Assembly: GCA_023460085.1 (NCBI GenBank)
Contig: JAEWRI010000022.1
Span: 135,487-199,486, forward strand
DNA: 64,000 nt
Direction of reading: 5' to 3'
Origin: Bacillota bacterium
GTDB lineage: Bacteria > Bacillota > Clostridia > Christensenellales > SZUA-584
The notes below the pieces were generated by a model. It was not told the origin of the DNA. It did not search any database and was given only the letters and a program-made list of their open reading frames with translations. Positions 36,353 through 45,021 of the stretch are shown here, piece by piece (position 1 is the stretch's first letter; each line of letters starts with the position of its first letter). A program made the translations under genes and the position numbers.

Positions 36353-38422
36353 ATGAATGACAGAATTTCCGCAATGCGCGATTTCTTTATTGTGAATAAA
36401 GAGCACCATTCTTACAGACAGGAACGTACAGATCCCTTTTTTCTCGCCGAACAGGCGCAAATGGACAATCTCAGCGATTTGGAAAGAGCCGTTCTCCGTG
36501 TTCAGTATATGCTCCGCAAGGAAAAGCCCGTCGTATTTCCTTTTGAGAAAATTGCCCTGATGCGCACCGTACCCGAAACGCAGCATCTCTTTACGGACCA
36601 AGAAGAACAAACACTGCGTGCCCGGCACTGGCTTCACGAGTCGGGAGATTTAAACAACATCACGCCCGACTATATGCTGTTGATCGGTCTGGGATTCGAA
36701 GGGGCAAAGGCGGAAATCGAAAAATCGCGTCTGCGGTTTTCCGAAGATGCCCAAAAACAGCGGTTTCTCTCGGCGATGGAAGAAATGCTGAGCCTCATGC
36801 AGGAACTGGCAGATAAATATCAGGCGAAGGCGCAGGAAGTTGGAAACATAACCGTCGCAAACACGTTCTCGCGGATTCCCGCCCGCCCTGCGGAAACCCT
36901 GCTGGAAGCCATGCAGTTCTTCCGGCTGCTGCATTACGGCATGTGGTGCGCCAACAACTATCAGGTAACGATAGGCCGTGCAGATCAATACCTCTATCCG
37001 TATTACGTCAGCGATATGGCCAGCGGCAGGTACACAAGAGAAGAAATGCTTGAATTGGTTGAAGAGTTCTTTCTCTCCTTTAACCGCGACAGCGACCTGT
37101 ATGACGGTGTGCAGCAGGGCGATAACGGCCAGACGCTGGTTCTCGGCGGTTTAAATGAAGATGGCTCGGACAGCTTCAACGATCTCTCCGAGCTCATGCT
37201 TACAGCCAGTCTGGAACTGCGGCTGATAGACCCGAAGGTCAACCTGCGCGTCAGTTCCAAAACGCCGCTCAGCCGATTCATAGAAGCCACCAAAATGACA
37301 CGCCAGGGTCTTGGTTTTCCGCAATACATGAACGACGATATCAACATCCCTGCGTTGATTCGCTGGGGGTACGACCGGGCCGACGCCTGTAATTATTCCG
37401 TCGCAGCCTGCTGGGAACTCATCATCCCCGGGAAGGGCGCGGATATTCCGAACGCGGACGCGCTTTCCTTTGCGAAGGTGGTGCGCTCCGCGGCGCTGGA
37501 AAAGTTGGAATCGTGCGACACCTACGAAGAATTCGAAGCCGCCGTTCAAGCGGAACTGCGCGCCGAGACGGAGGATATGATTGAGAAAGCGTCGAAATTA
37601 TATATGATCCCCTCCCCTATGCTTTCGCTTACGATGACAGGCTGTATACAGAGCGCGACAGACGCGGTATACGCATGCCAATACAGAAATATCGGCTTTC
37701 ACGGCCCCGGTCTTTCCACTGCGGCCGACTCCATGGCAGCCATAAAACACTTCGTTTACGATACCCGTACCGTTTCCCCACATACGCTTGTACAAGCGCT
37801 TCTGCGCAATTATGAAGGGGATAAGGCACTAATGATCCGGTTGAGGTATGACGCCCCTAAAATGGGCAGCGACGACAGCAGCGTCGATTCCATCAGTGTC
37901 ATGCTTCTGGATACCTTCGCTGCCGCGTTGCAGGGAAAAACGAACGAGCGCGGCGGCATTTACCGGGCGGGGACGGCATCCGCAATGTATTACATGTGGT
38001 ACGGCAACAAACTGGGCGCCACGCCTGACGGAAGGCGAGAGGGCGAACCGCTCCCGTGCAACTATTCGCCCAGCCTTTTTGCCAAAACTCCCGGCCCTGT
38101 CTCCGTCATCAAATCGTTTACAAAGCAGCACCTGTTACAAGCCGCAAACGGCGGACCCCTCACCCTGGAGCTGCATGATACCGTTTTTCGCGCACCTGAC
38201 AGCCTTGAGAAGGTGGCAATGCTCGTAAAGCTGTTTATCGATCGCGGAGGCCATCAGCTGCAAATCAATGCTGTTAACCGCGAAGCGATGCTGGACGCGC
38301 AGAACAGCCCGGAAAGATATCGGAATATGATCGTGCGCGTGTGGGGCTGGAGCGGCTATTTTGTGGAGCTGGACAAAGAATATCAGGATCAGATCATTCA
38401 GCGAACGGAATACGCGATTTAA
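36353..38422 (+). CDS. Short glycyl radical enzyme (PFL2/glycerol-dehydratase-like eliminase class), substrate unknown
   Basis: C-terminal glycyl radical motif RVWGWSGYF (Gly codon 38345-38347). Cys loop AACWE (Cys353 codon 37409-37411, with Glu at +2). Only 689 aa. Confidence 0.8.
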   Translation: MNDRISAMRDFFIVNKEHHSYRQERTDPFFLAEQAQMDNLSDLERAVLRVQYMLRKEKPVVFPFEKIALMRTVPETQHLFTDQEEQTLRARHWLHESGDLNNITPDYMLLIGLGFEGAKAEIEKSRLRFSEDAQKQRFLSAMEEMLSLMQELADKYQAKAQEVGNITVANTFSRIPARPAETLLEAMQFFRLLHYGMWCANNYQVTIGRADQYLYPYYVSDMASGRYTREEMLELVEEFFLSFNRDSDLYDGVQQGDNGQTLVLGGLNEDGSDSFNDLSELMLTASLELRLIDPKVNLRVSSKTPLSRFIEATKMTRQGLGFPQYMNDDINIPALIRWGYDRADACNYSVAACWELIIPGKGADIPNADALSFAKVVRSAALEKLESCDTYEEFEAAVQAELRAETEDMIEKASKLYMIPSPMLSLTMTGCIQSATDAVYACQYRNIGFHGPGLSTAADSMAAIKHFVYDTRTVSPHTLVQALLRNYEGDKALMIRLRYDAPKMGSDDSSVDSISVMLLDTFAAALQGKTNERGGIYRAGTASAMYYMWYGNKLGATPDGRREGEPLPCNYSPSLFAKTPGPVSVIKSFTKQHLLQAANGGPLTLELHDTVFRAPDSLEKVAMLVKLFIDRGGHQLQINAVNREAMLDAQNSPERYRNMIVRVWGWSGYFVELDKEYQDQIIQRTEYAI

Positions 38423-38459
38423 CTAACGTACAGCTGCTTAACCGGACTGAACGGAGCAA

Positions 38460-40793
38460 ATGATGAATAAACTGTTGAGCCATGGAAAAAGCGTCATTCT
38501 GGCATGGATTTTATCCTATATGCTGATCATTGTACTTGCCGTTTTGGGCAACCTTTTTACCACAAACCGTTTCGCCAACTCTTTCAAGGAACAGATATTT
38601 AAGGATACTGCCGAGGCATTATATCATGCCAGCGCAAACGCGGACGACCGCATGCGCGATATTAAGAAAACCGCCCACCTGATTGGGGCCAACTCAAATC
38701 TGAATCGATTGCTGAGCGACAATAACGGAAGTACTACTGCCATCGATTACAACAGCTTTATAACCGAGTTACGCAGCTATCAGGTGGCCAACAGTTTTAT
38801 CAAGTATATATACGTATTTCCCGACAACACAGATAATGTTATATCTACTACTTTCGTTCGGGATTCCGCTTATCGTGAACAACTGCTTTCGCAATATTCC
38901 CTTGCGGACGGTGAGGATATTTCTGACGTCATTCGCGCGCCCCATTACGGTGATTTTCTGTCCATGATTGAATATGAACGGCCCTCCTCCTCCTCTTCTG
39001 TTGTAACCTATCTGCAGTCTCTGCCCGCGAACACGACCAAGCGCGTAGATGGTACGCTGATGCTGGTGATGGACAGCTCCTCCCTGCTTGCGTCCCTCAG
39101 TGCTGACATCTGGTACGATGGCAGCCATATCATAGTGATGGATAGCGGCAACAACATTATAGCCGCCAATTCCGCAGTCGACCTTGACGGAGTAGTAAGC
39201 TACGATATGCTGGAAGGCAGCCCGGACAGATTCGATATTAAGTTGAATGGGGAAGAACACACTGTGCTTCAAGCGACATCAGAAGTGAACACATGGAAAT
39301 ATATTGTCATTCTCCCTACCGAAGTAATGATACAAGATGTCAGGAACGTTCAGCGGTTTTTCCTTGAAAGCCTCATTATTACACTTGCGCTTGGATTCGT
39401 CGCCTCCATTTTCCTTGCGCGCAGAAATTATCTGCCGCTGAAAATACTGATGAAATCCGTGGAGAGCGACGCGGGTATTGCGTTTGGCGGCGGTGTAAAC
39501 GAGTTTCAATATTTGCAAACCGCCGTTACCTCCGCCCTCGCGGAAAAGGAAGCGCAAAAAAGCGCATATAAAAATCAGCTCATACGGCTGCGCTCCGGAT
39601 ACTTTGCAGGCATTATGAAGAATGAATTGGATGCCGAGCTTACAATGGACGATATGCTGAAAGCTTGCGACATCAATTTCCGTTTTGAAAAATTCGCCCT
39701 GCTGCTTATTAGTATTAAAGGGGTATATGGGAAACCTCCGGGAAGCCGCAGAGATCCCAGAGAGAAGGAGAGCAAATCCATTGTCGCCAGTGTTTTCGAG
39801 GAGTTCATCAACAAGAACCATGATGGGTTTGTAATAAACGTTGATGAAATGCAGGTGGCCGTATGGAACTTTCCCAATAACGCGACTAACCGCGAAATAC
39901 GGGATGATATACTGCATGTCACAGAGGAATGCCTTGAATTCCTGCAGAACACCTGTGATACCACAGTGACGGTAACCGCCAGTTCCCCCTTCCTGTCGCT
40001 CACGGATTTGAGCGGCGCGTACAAGGAAGTCTTCACTGGTATGGAGTACTGTGTGATTATGGGCTTAATCGGTCTGCATTTCAGCGAGGATATCCGCTAC
40101 GGACAGCTTAATACCGAGACCTACCATTACTACTATCCTCTGCAGCTTGAGATACAGATGACGAACTTGATTAAGTGCGGAGATTACGCGGGAGCGAAGC
40201 ACATACTGGACGAATTCTTCCGTGTTAATTTTGAAGAGCTCTCATTGCCGCAGCCCATTATGAAGTGCTTCATGTTCAATTTGACAAGCACGATGTTGAA
40301 GACCGTCTATGAGCTTGATATCATGGAAGAAGAATCGGAAATCTCGAATTCCATCGATCTGATGCTTTCCTGCCATTCTGTAACGGAAATATATGAAGAA
40401 GCGAAGCATGTGATGGCAGCGCTCTGCAATCATAAGGGACAGGGCTGCTCCTCGCACAGCTTCCTTTCGGAGACTCAGATATTTGTACAGAAGCATTATT
40501 CAGACGTCAATCTGAGCATTACAATGATCGCCGGGCATTTTAATCTGACGCCTTCTTACCTGTCCAAGAAATTCAAGAGTCTGACGGGTGGCGGTCTGCC
40601 GGAATATATCAATCAGGTGCGCCTGGATAAAGCCAAGTCCATGCTCATCCATACAAAATGCGGGGTTGGCGCTATCGCCACGGCATGCGGTTTTATCAAC
40701 AGCAATACCTTTATCCGTGTTTTCAAAAAATTCGAGGGGATTACGCCGCGCACCTACCGCGATACCGGAACTGCTGAACATCTGCATGACTGA
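38460..40793 (+). CDS. Membrane-anchored AraC-family regulator (YesS-like architecture)
   Basis: N-terminal TM (VILAWILSYMLIIVLAVLGNLF), a large extracytoplasmic region, a second TM, and a C-terminal AraC HTH (LSITMIAGHFNLTPSYLSKKFK...FINSNTFIRVFKKFEGITP). Confidence 0.8.
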   Translation: MMNKLLSHGKSVILAWILSYMLIIVLAVLGNLFTTNRFANSFKEQIFKDTAEALYHASANADDRMRDIKKTAHLIGANSNLNRLLSDNNGSTTAIDYNSFITELRSYQVANSFIKYIYVFPDNTDNVISTTFVRDSAYREQLLSQYSLADGEDISDVIRAPHYGDFLSMIEYERPSSSSSVVTYLQSLPANTTKRVDGTLMLVMDSSSLLASLSADIWYDGSHIIVMDSGNNIIAANSAVDLDGVVSYDMLEGSPDRFDIKLNGEEHTVLQATSEVNTWKYIVILPTEVMIQDVRNVQRFFLESLIITLALGFVASIFLARRNYLPLKILMKSVESDAGIAFGGGVNEFQYLQTAVTSALAEKEAQKSAYKNQLIRLRSGYFAGIMKNELDAELTMDDMLKACDINFRFEKFALLLISIKGVYGKPPGSRRDPREKESKSIVASVFEEFINKNHDGFVINVDEMQVAVWNFPNNATNREIRDDILHVTEECLEFLQNTCDTTVTVTASSPFLSLTDLSGAYKEVFTGMEYCVIMGLIGLHFSEDIRYGQLNTETYHYYYPLQLEIQMTNLIKCGDYAGAKHILDEFFRVNFEELSLPQPIMKCFMFNLTSTMLKTVYELDIMEEESEISNSIDLMLSCHSVTEIYEEAKHVMAALCNHKGQGCSSHSFLSETQIFVQKHYSDVNLSITMIAGHFNLTPSYLSKKFKSLTGGGLPEYINQVRLDKAKSMLIHTKCGVGAIATACGFINSNTFIRVFKKFEGITPRTYRDTGTAEHLHD

Positions 40794-40866
40794 GACAATG
40801 GCATCTTGAATTGCCGATGATGCCAGCGCAACAGGGATAAATGTATATCCCCCTAAATGTTTGGAG

Positions 40867-40895
40867 TTGGCATTTAAGGTTTTGTGGGGTATAAT
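40867..40895 (+). promoter_or_regulatory. Candidate sigma-70 promoter upstream of the ABC-F gene
   Basis: TTGGCA (40867-40872), 17 nt, TATAAT (40890-40895). Confidence 0.5.
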
Positions 40896-40918
40896 AATAA
40901 AAGTTTTTTATCGTTATG

Positions 40919-40954
40919 AAGGGCTTGAAGATCACTTCAAAAGCCTTTTATTTT
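40919..40954 (+). terminator. Hairpin + T-run in the ABC-F leader (candidate attenuator, or the terminator of the AraC gene)
   Basis: aagggcttgaag / cttcaaaagcctt stem with a 2-nt bulge, followed by ttttatttt. It lies between the candidate promoter and ATG 40976. Confidence 0.4.
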
Positions 40955-40975
40955 GTCAAATTATGCGGAGGATTT

Positions 40976-42529
40976 ATGAGTATATTAAACGTCGAACATG
41001 TAACCCATGGCTTTGGAGCCAGGTGCATTTTAGAAGATGCATCTTTCCGCCTTTTAAAGGGCGAACATGTTGGACTGGTCGGCGCCAATGGCGAAGGAAA
41101 ATCCACATTTTTAAATATCATTACCGGCAGGCTTATGCCAGACCAAGGCACGGTTGAGTGGTGTAATCGTGTGACGACTGGTTACCTTGATCAGTACACG
41201 ACCCTGACCAAGGGAAAGACAATCCGTGAGGTCCTGCGTGAAGCCTTTCAATATATGGTCGACCTTGAAACCGAAATGAATGCGATGTACGACCGTATGG
41301 CATCCTGCAGCGAAGATGAGATGACCTTGCTCTTAGAAGAAGCCGGTGACATACAACACAACCTTGAGCATAATGGTTACTACACCATTGACTTTAAAAT
41401 CGAGGAGATTGCGAACGGGCTTGGTCTTTGTGATATCGGGTTAGATCGCGATGTTACAGACCTTAGCGGAGGTCAACGTGTAAAAGTATTACTTACCAAG
41501 CTGCTGCTTCAAAACCCGATGATACTCATTTTGGACGAGCCGACGAATTTTTTAGATGAAAACCACATTGTATGGTTGAAAAACTATTTGCAGGAGTACG
41601 AAAATGCCTTCATAGTGGTATCGCATGATGTATCTTTTTTAAATGATGTCGTAAATGTTATATATCACGTCGAAAACGCCCAGTTTACACGATATACAGG
41701 AAATTATGAGCAGTTTCAAGAAATGTACAACCTGAAAAAGCTTCAGTTGGAAAAAGCGTATGAACGCCAGCAAAAAGAGATTGGCCAATTGGAAGATTTC
41801 ATAGCACGCAACAAGGCGCGCGTGGCTACTTCCAATATGGCCAAAAGCCGTCAGAAGAAGCTGGACAAGATGGAAATCATCGAGCGCGTAAAAGAAAAAA
41901 TAAAGCCAACCTTCAAGTTTTCCGAAGCGAGAACACCGGGAAAAATGATAGTGAGCGCGCAGGATTTGGTTTTGGGTTATGGTGAGCCTTTGACAAAACC
42001 CATCAACATCATGCTGGAGAGGAGCCAGAAGGTGGCTATCAAAGGCGTTAACGGGCTCGGCAAATCCACATTGTTAAAAACGTTACTGGGCATGATACCT
42101 CCGGTTTCGGGCGAATGTGAGCTTGACCCATATGTACATCCAGGTTATTTCGAACAAGAAGAGGTGTTAAGCGATAGGACTGCGCTCGATGAAATATGGG
42201 CTGAATTCCCGAGTTTGACAAACGCAGAGGTTCGGGCCGCGCTTGCCAGGTGCGGGCTGACCACAAATCATATCACCAGTCAGATGAAAGTACTGTCGGG
42301 GGGAGAAAATGCAAAGGTCCGCATTTGCAAGTTGATGCTTAAGGATGTGAACTTCTTGGTGCTGGACGAACCTACAAATCATCTTGATACTGACGCAAAG
42401 GAAGCGCTTCAAAAAGCCATTATCGAATTTAAAGGAACTGTTTTGCTGGTTTGTCATGAACCAGAGTTTTATGAAAGCTGGGTAACCCATGTCTGGAATG
42501 TGGAGAATTGGACAAATAAGATAGTATAA
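40976..42529 (+). CDS. ABC-F family ATPase (ribosome-associated; translation factor or ARE-type not distinguishable here)
   Basis: Two ABC cassettes (GANGEGKST / LSGGQRVK; GVNGLGKST / LSGGENAK) joined by a basic linker (FIARNKARVATSNMAKSRQKKLDKME). No TM domains. ATG 40976 follows a GGAGGA SD. Lower GC than its neighbours (25/60 in 40981-41040). Confidence 0.85.
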   Translation: MSILNVEHVTHGFGARCILEDASFRLLKGEHVGLVGANGEGKSTFLNIITGRLMPDQGTVEWCNRVTTGYLDQYTTLTKGKTIREVLREAFQYMVDLETEMNAMYDRMASCSEDEMTLLLEEAGDIQHNLEHNGYYTIDFKIEEIANGLGLCDIGLDRDVTDLSGGQRVKVLLTKLLLQNPMILILDEPTNFLDENHIVWLKNYLQEYENAFIVVSHDVSFLNDVVNVIYHVENAQFTRYTGNYEQFQEMYNLKKLQLEKAYERQQKEIGQLEDFIARNKARVATSNMAKSRQKKLDKMEIIERVKEKIKPTFKFSEARTPGKMIVSAQDLVLGYGEPLTKPINIMLERSQKVAIKGVNGLGKSTLLKTLLGMIPPVSGECELDPYVHPGYFEQEEVLSDRTALDEIWAEFPSLTNAEVRAALARCGLTTNHITSQMKVLSGGENAKVRICKLMLKDVNFLVLDEPTNHLDTDAKEALQKAIIEFKGTVLLVCHEPEFYESWVTHVWNVENWTNKIV

Positions 42530-42759
42530 GCTTCAGATGTATGCGCACCATACTTCCTGATATAGAAACCCAGACTTCGCCTGCTTACCTCCGAACATCA
42601 TCCCGATGTGTGAATCTACCGCGGCAATGGTACCCCATGGGCAGGTTTGCCCTGCGCAGTTTACCCAAAGCATGAAAGCCGCTTCGAGGACTATCTATCT
42701 GCAAGATCGAAGCTGAATCTCGAGGCCTATATGATAAATAGATTGGACTTCGTTTGTTA

Positions 42760-42800
42760 ATAAAGAAAAAAGCTTATCATTTCTCAACAATAAGCTTTGT
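42760..42800 (-). terminator. Intrinsic terminator downstream of the tRNA 3' fragment
   Basis: Minus strand reads aaagcttat-loop-ataagcttt (42790-42798 / 42769-42777) followed by TTTTTCTTTATT. Confidence 0.55.
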
Positions 42801-42804
42801 TATT

Positions 42805-42836
42805 TGGTACCTCCTAGGGGAATCGAACCACTAGTT
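42805..42836 (-). other. tRNA 3'-end fragment (T-arm + acceptor 3' strand + CCA); candidate prophage attachment-site core
   Basis: Minus strand reads GGTTCGATTCCCCTAGGAGGTACCA, ending at 42805. The 76 nt upstream contain no complementary 5' acceptor strand, so the gene is incomplete. It sits at the GC-rich/AT-rich junction next to the lysis end of the prophage. Confidence 0.55.
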
Positions 42837-42904
42837 ATGCCTTTAATATTCAACAATACTGGCTTTTTGGCATATTTCGTGGCATATTTTATTCTATTAA
42901 ATTA

Positions 42905-43198
42905 TTATTTATCTGTGTTCTTAGCTATCTGCCCTATTCCTAAAAATAATAGCCCAAACAAATAACTGAATAAACCTAACACCGCAATGCTAAATAATAG
43001 TGCACTAATTGGTAGGTTGTCAATTATATTTTCTGCAAAAGTGCCATCACCCCAACTGCTTGAACTAATAGCAACACTAATTATATCAAGTACAAAAACG
43101 ATAATTGCAATTAGCATTACTCTTAATCCTAACTTGTTAAAAAAGCCGCCTTTCCTTAATAATAAGTCACTATTCTTTTCTGCCGCTTTAGTACCCAT
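42905..43198 (-). CDS. Small membrane protein at prophage end (2 predicted TM)
   Basis: 97 aa. Hydrophobic stretches VMLIAIIVFVLDIISVAI and LLFSIAVLGLFSYLFGLLFLGIG. Prophage-like base composition. Confidence 0.55.
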   Translation of the reverse strand: MGTKAAEKNSDLLLRKGGFFNKLGLRVMLIAIIVFVLDIISVAISSSSWGDGTFAENIIDNLPISALLFSIAVLGLFSYLFGLLFLGIGQIAKNTDK

Positions 43199-43315
43199 TC
43201 TTCTTTCTCCTTTTGAATATAATTAATAGTTACAGACCACTATAAATATTAATATATTTTAGCTTCTACTGTCAATATAGAATAGAAATATTAATAGATA
43301 TTAGGAGTAACTACA

Positions 43316-43495
43316 ATGGACAGTAAAATAAAAATTACGAAAAAAGGCGAAGATGGATATAAAATAGTTTCCCTTCGCATTAAAGAAGATTTACTTAATC
43401 AGGTTGATGTAATAGCCACTGAAACTAAGCGTTCCCGCAATGAAGTTATGAATATCATTATTGAAAAGGCTATCCGCAATATAGAAATTGAGTAA
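43316..43495 (+). CDS. Ribbon-helix-helix (CopG/Arc-like) DNA-binding protein, 59 aa (below ORF-track cutoff)
   Basis: ATG 43316 follows an AGGAG SD. Translated by hand: MDSKIKITKKGEDGYKIVSLRIKEDLLNQVDVIATETKRSRNEVMNIIIEKAIRNIEIE, a beta-strand + 2-helix RHH pattern. About half the residues are identical to 61827..62027. Confidence 0.65.
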   Translation: MDSKIKITKKGEDGYKIVSLRIKEDLLNQVDVIATETKRSRNEVMNIIIEKAIRNIEIE

Positions 43496-43530
43496 TAAAA
43501 AAAAGGAAGGCTTGCGGCCTTCCTTTTAAA
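43496..43530. terminator. Bidirectional intrinsic terminator
   Basis: aaggaaggc-ttgcg-gccttcctt stem flanked by an A-run and a T-run, between convergent genes (43495 + / 43532 -). Confidence 0.6.
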
Positions 43531-43531
43531 T

Positions 43532-43810
43532 TTATGCTTTAATCTTACTAATTACTTCTGATACAGCAGAACTACCAGACATTAATACAAAGCCTGTAGT
43601 AGCCATTCCAAGCGGCGTTACAGCTTGATATAGGCCAATCGCTGATACTAAATCTAATCCAAAGCCAAAAGCCAGCACAAAGGCGAATACAGCCGCTAAA
43701 CCAATAGTGATATACTTACCAAAGCTTAAATCCACCCAAAGCGGCTTAAATCTATCAATAACATACCACATAACCATTGATAACCCAATGATTAAAGTTA
43801 ACATTTCCAT
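43532..43810 (-). CDS. Putative holin
   Basis: Small protein with 3 hydrophobic segments, immediately downstream of the endolysin. ATG 43810 follows a GGGAGGG SD (the ORF-track start 43828 lies within the SD). Confidence 0.7.
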   Translation of the reverse strand: MEMLTLIIGLSMVMWYVIDRFKPLWVDLSFGKYITIGLAAVFAFVLAFGFGLDLVSAIGLYQAVTPLGMATTGFVLMSGSSAVSEVISKIKA

Positions 43811-43815
43811 TCCTT

Positions 43816-44574
43816 TTAACCCTCCCATTTATAACCCATAGTGGTTATAGTTTGCTTTCCTGCTTTGCCATCAACCTTAATCTTCTTAGCTTTCTGAAAA
43901 GCTAAAACTCCTGCTTCTGTCTTACTGCCAAAAATACCATCTTCAGCACCGCAACTATACCCAAGCTTATTTAGGGTTTTTTGAAGCAATCTAATATCTT
44001 CACCTTCCATCTGTGGTGAAAGCTTCTTCAATACTCGATTAAAGATAACTGCGGCAGTAGCTTCAATTTCATCTTTAAAGTAAGTTGGTCTGCCGTAAGT
44101 GTTCCAGCCGCCTTGACTTAAAGGACGTTTTACAACACCATAGGCACTACCCCTAGCTTCAATTACATTTAAAGCATCGTCAACCACATAACCAATATGA
44201 TAGGCTTTACCCTTCTTAGTGCCGGTCTTATAGGTTTTAAATACCCAATCACCTTTCTTTAGTTCTGCCTTAGAAAGAATTGTGCATTTACCTTTAAGGC
44301 CGTTTGCGTTCATATCAACCTTGATAATACCTAGCTTCTGCAAGCTGTAGATACCCAAGCCGCTACAATCAAAGGCTTTTAACATCTCACCAAAACCAGC
44401 TTCAACTTGTTTCTTCCAATAAGCTACAGCACTGTTGCCGGTTGAAGTGGTCTTAGCACATTTCTTAATCCAAGCTTCTGTAATAGTTGGTTTTGTTTGG
44501 CCTTGTGCACCCCAAACATAGATAGAATGGTTTTTTACTTCCAGTTCTAATAGTTCAATAAATTCTTTTAACAT
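43816..44574 (-). CDS. Endolysin: NlpC/P60-type cysteine peptidase + PG_binding_1 domain
   Basis: AFDCSGLGIYSL catalytic Cys motif and a His in GKAYHIGYVV. C-terminal LQKTLNKLGYSCGAEDGIFGSKTEAGVLAFQKA peptidoglycan-binding repeat. Confidence 0.85.
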   Translation of the reverse strand: MLKEFIELLELEVKNHSIYVWGAQGQTKPTITEAWIKKCAKTTSTGNSAVAYWKKQVEAGFGEMLKAFDCSGLGIYSLQKLGIIKVDMNANGLKGKCTILSKAELKKGDWVFKTYKTGTKKGKAYHIGYVVDDALNVIEARGSAYGVVKRPLSQGGWNTYGRPTYFKDEIEATAAVIFNRVLKKLSPQMEGEDIRLLQKTLNKLGYSCGAEDGIFGSKTEAGVLAFQKAKKIKVDGKAGKQTITTMGYKWEG

Positions 44575-44585
44575 CTCCTTCCCTC

Positions 44586-44903
44586 CTATTGTTGTCGCAA
44601 TACTGCGGCACGTTCATCATAAAGCTTCTGTAATTCCTCACATTGCTTTCTATACTCTGTAAAGGCCTGTTTCAACTCTCCATTCATTTGTTCACCATTA
44701 ACCTTGCGGCAAAGTAAATCATCATAAATCAATTCGTATCGTTCGCATGAAGCTTTTTGAACATATATATCTGCATCAATTTTCTTTATTTGTGCATTAT
44801 TCTTTTCTGCCTTGCTTAATCTGCTTTTTAGATAGATAGTTACAATTCCGGTAGAACCAAACAAAGCACCTACAAAAGCTATAATTATTGCTGTCCAATC
44901 CAT
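44586..44903 (-). CDS. N-terminally membrane-anchored coiled-coil protein of the lysis cassette (XhlA-like position)
   Basis: TM segment AIIIAFVGALFGSTGIVTIYL followed by a charged helical region. It lies directly upstream of the endolysin. Confidence 0.5.
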   Translation of the reverse strand: MDWTAIIIAFVGALFGSTGIVTIYLKSRLSKAEKNNAQIKKIDADIYVQKASCERYELIYDDLLCRKVNGEQMNGELKQAFTEYRKQCEELQKLYDERAAVLRQQ

Positions 44904-45021
44904 TTGCTGTACCTCATAGTAAATGGGATAATGCGTTTACATTATCCCATTTATTGCATATAGTAATTTTGTTAGAAAGTTAGTAATTAACTTATCAATC
45001 TTCTTCATCCTTTTACCTCCG

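Noticed and set aside
40916-40975. ATG 40916 as a leader peptide or as the true start of the ABC-F gene.
   Set aside because: It has no SD upstream. It is in frame with the main ORF with no stop, so it is not a separate uORF. It would also place the hairpin/T-run inside coding sequence. ATG 40976 has a GGAGGA SD and gives the canonical ABC-F N-terminus.
42533-42673. 46-codon minus-strand ORF (MLWVNCAGQTCPWG...) in the GC-rich spacer between the ABC-F gene and the AT-rich junction. It might be a gene remnant disrupted by integration.
   Set aside because: It has no SD and no recognisable motif, and is too short to support. It is noted only as non-coding or possibly degraded sequence.
42805-42900. 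Possible complete tRNA gene at the prophage junction.
   Set aside because: Only the T-arm, acceptor 3' strand and CCA are present. The 76 nt upstream on the minus strand lack a complementary 5' acceptor strand and any D or anticodon arms. It is treated as an att-site tRNA fragment.
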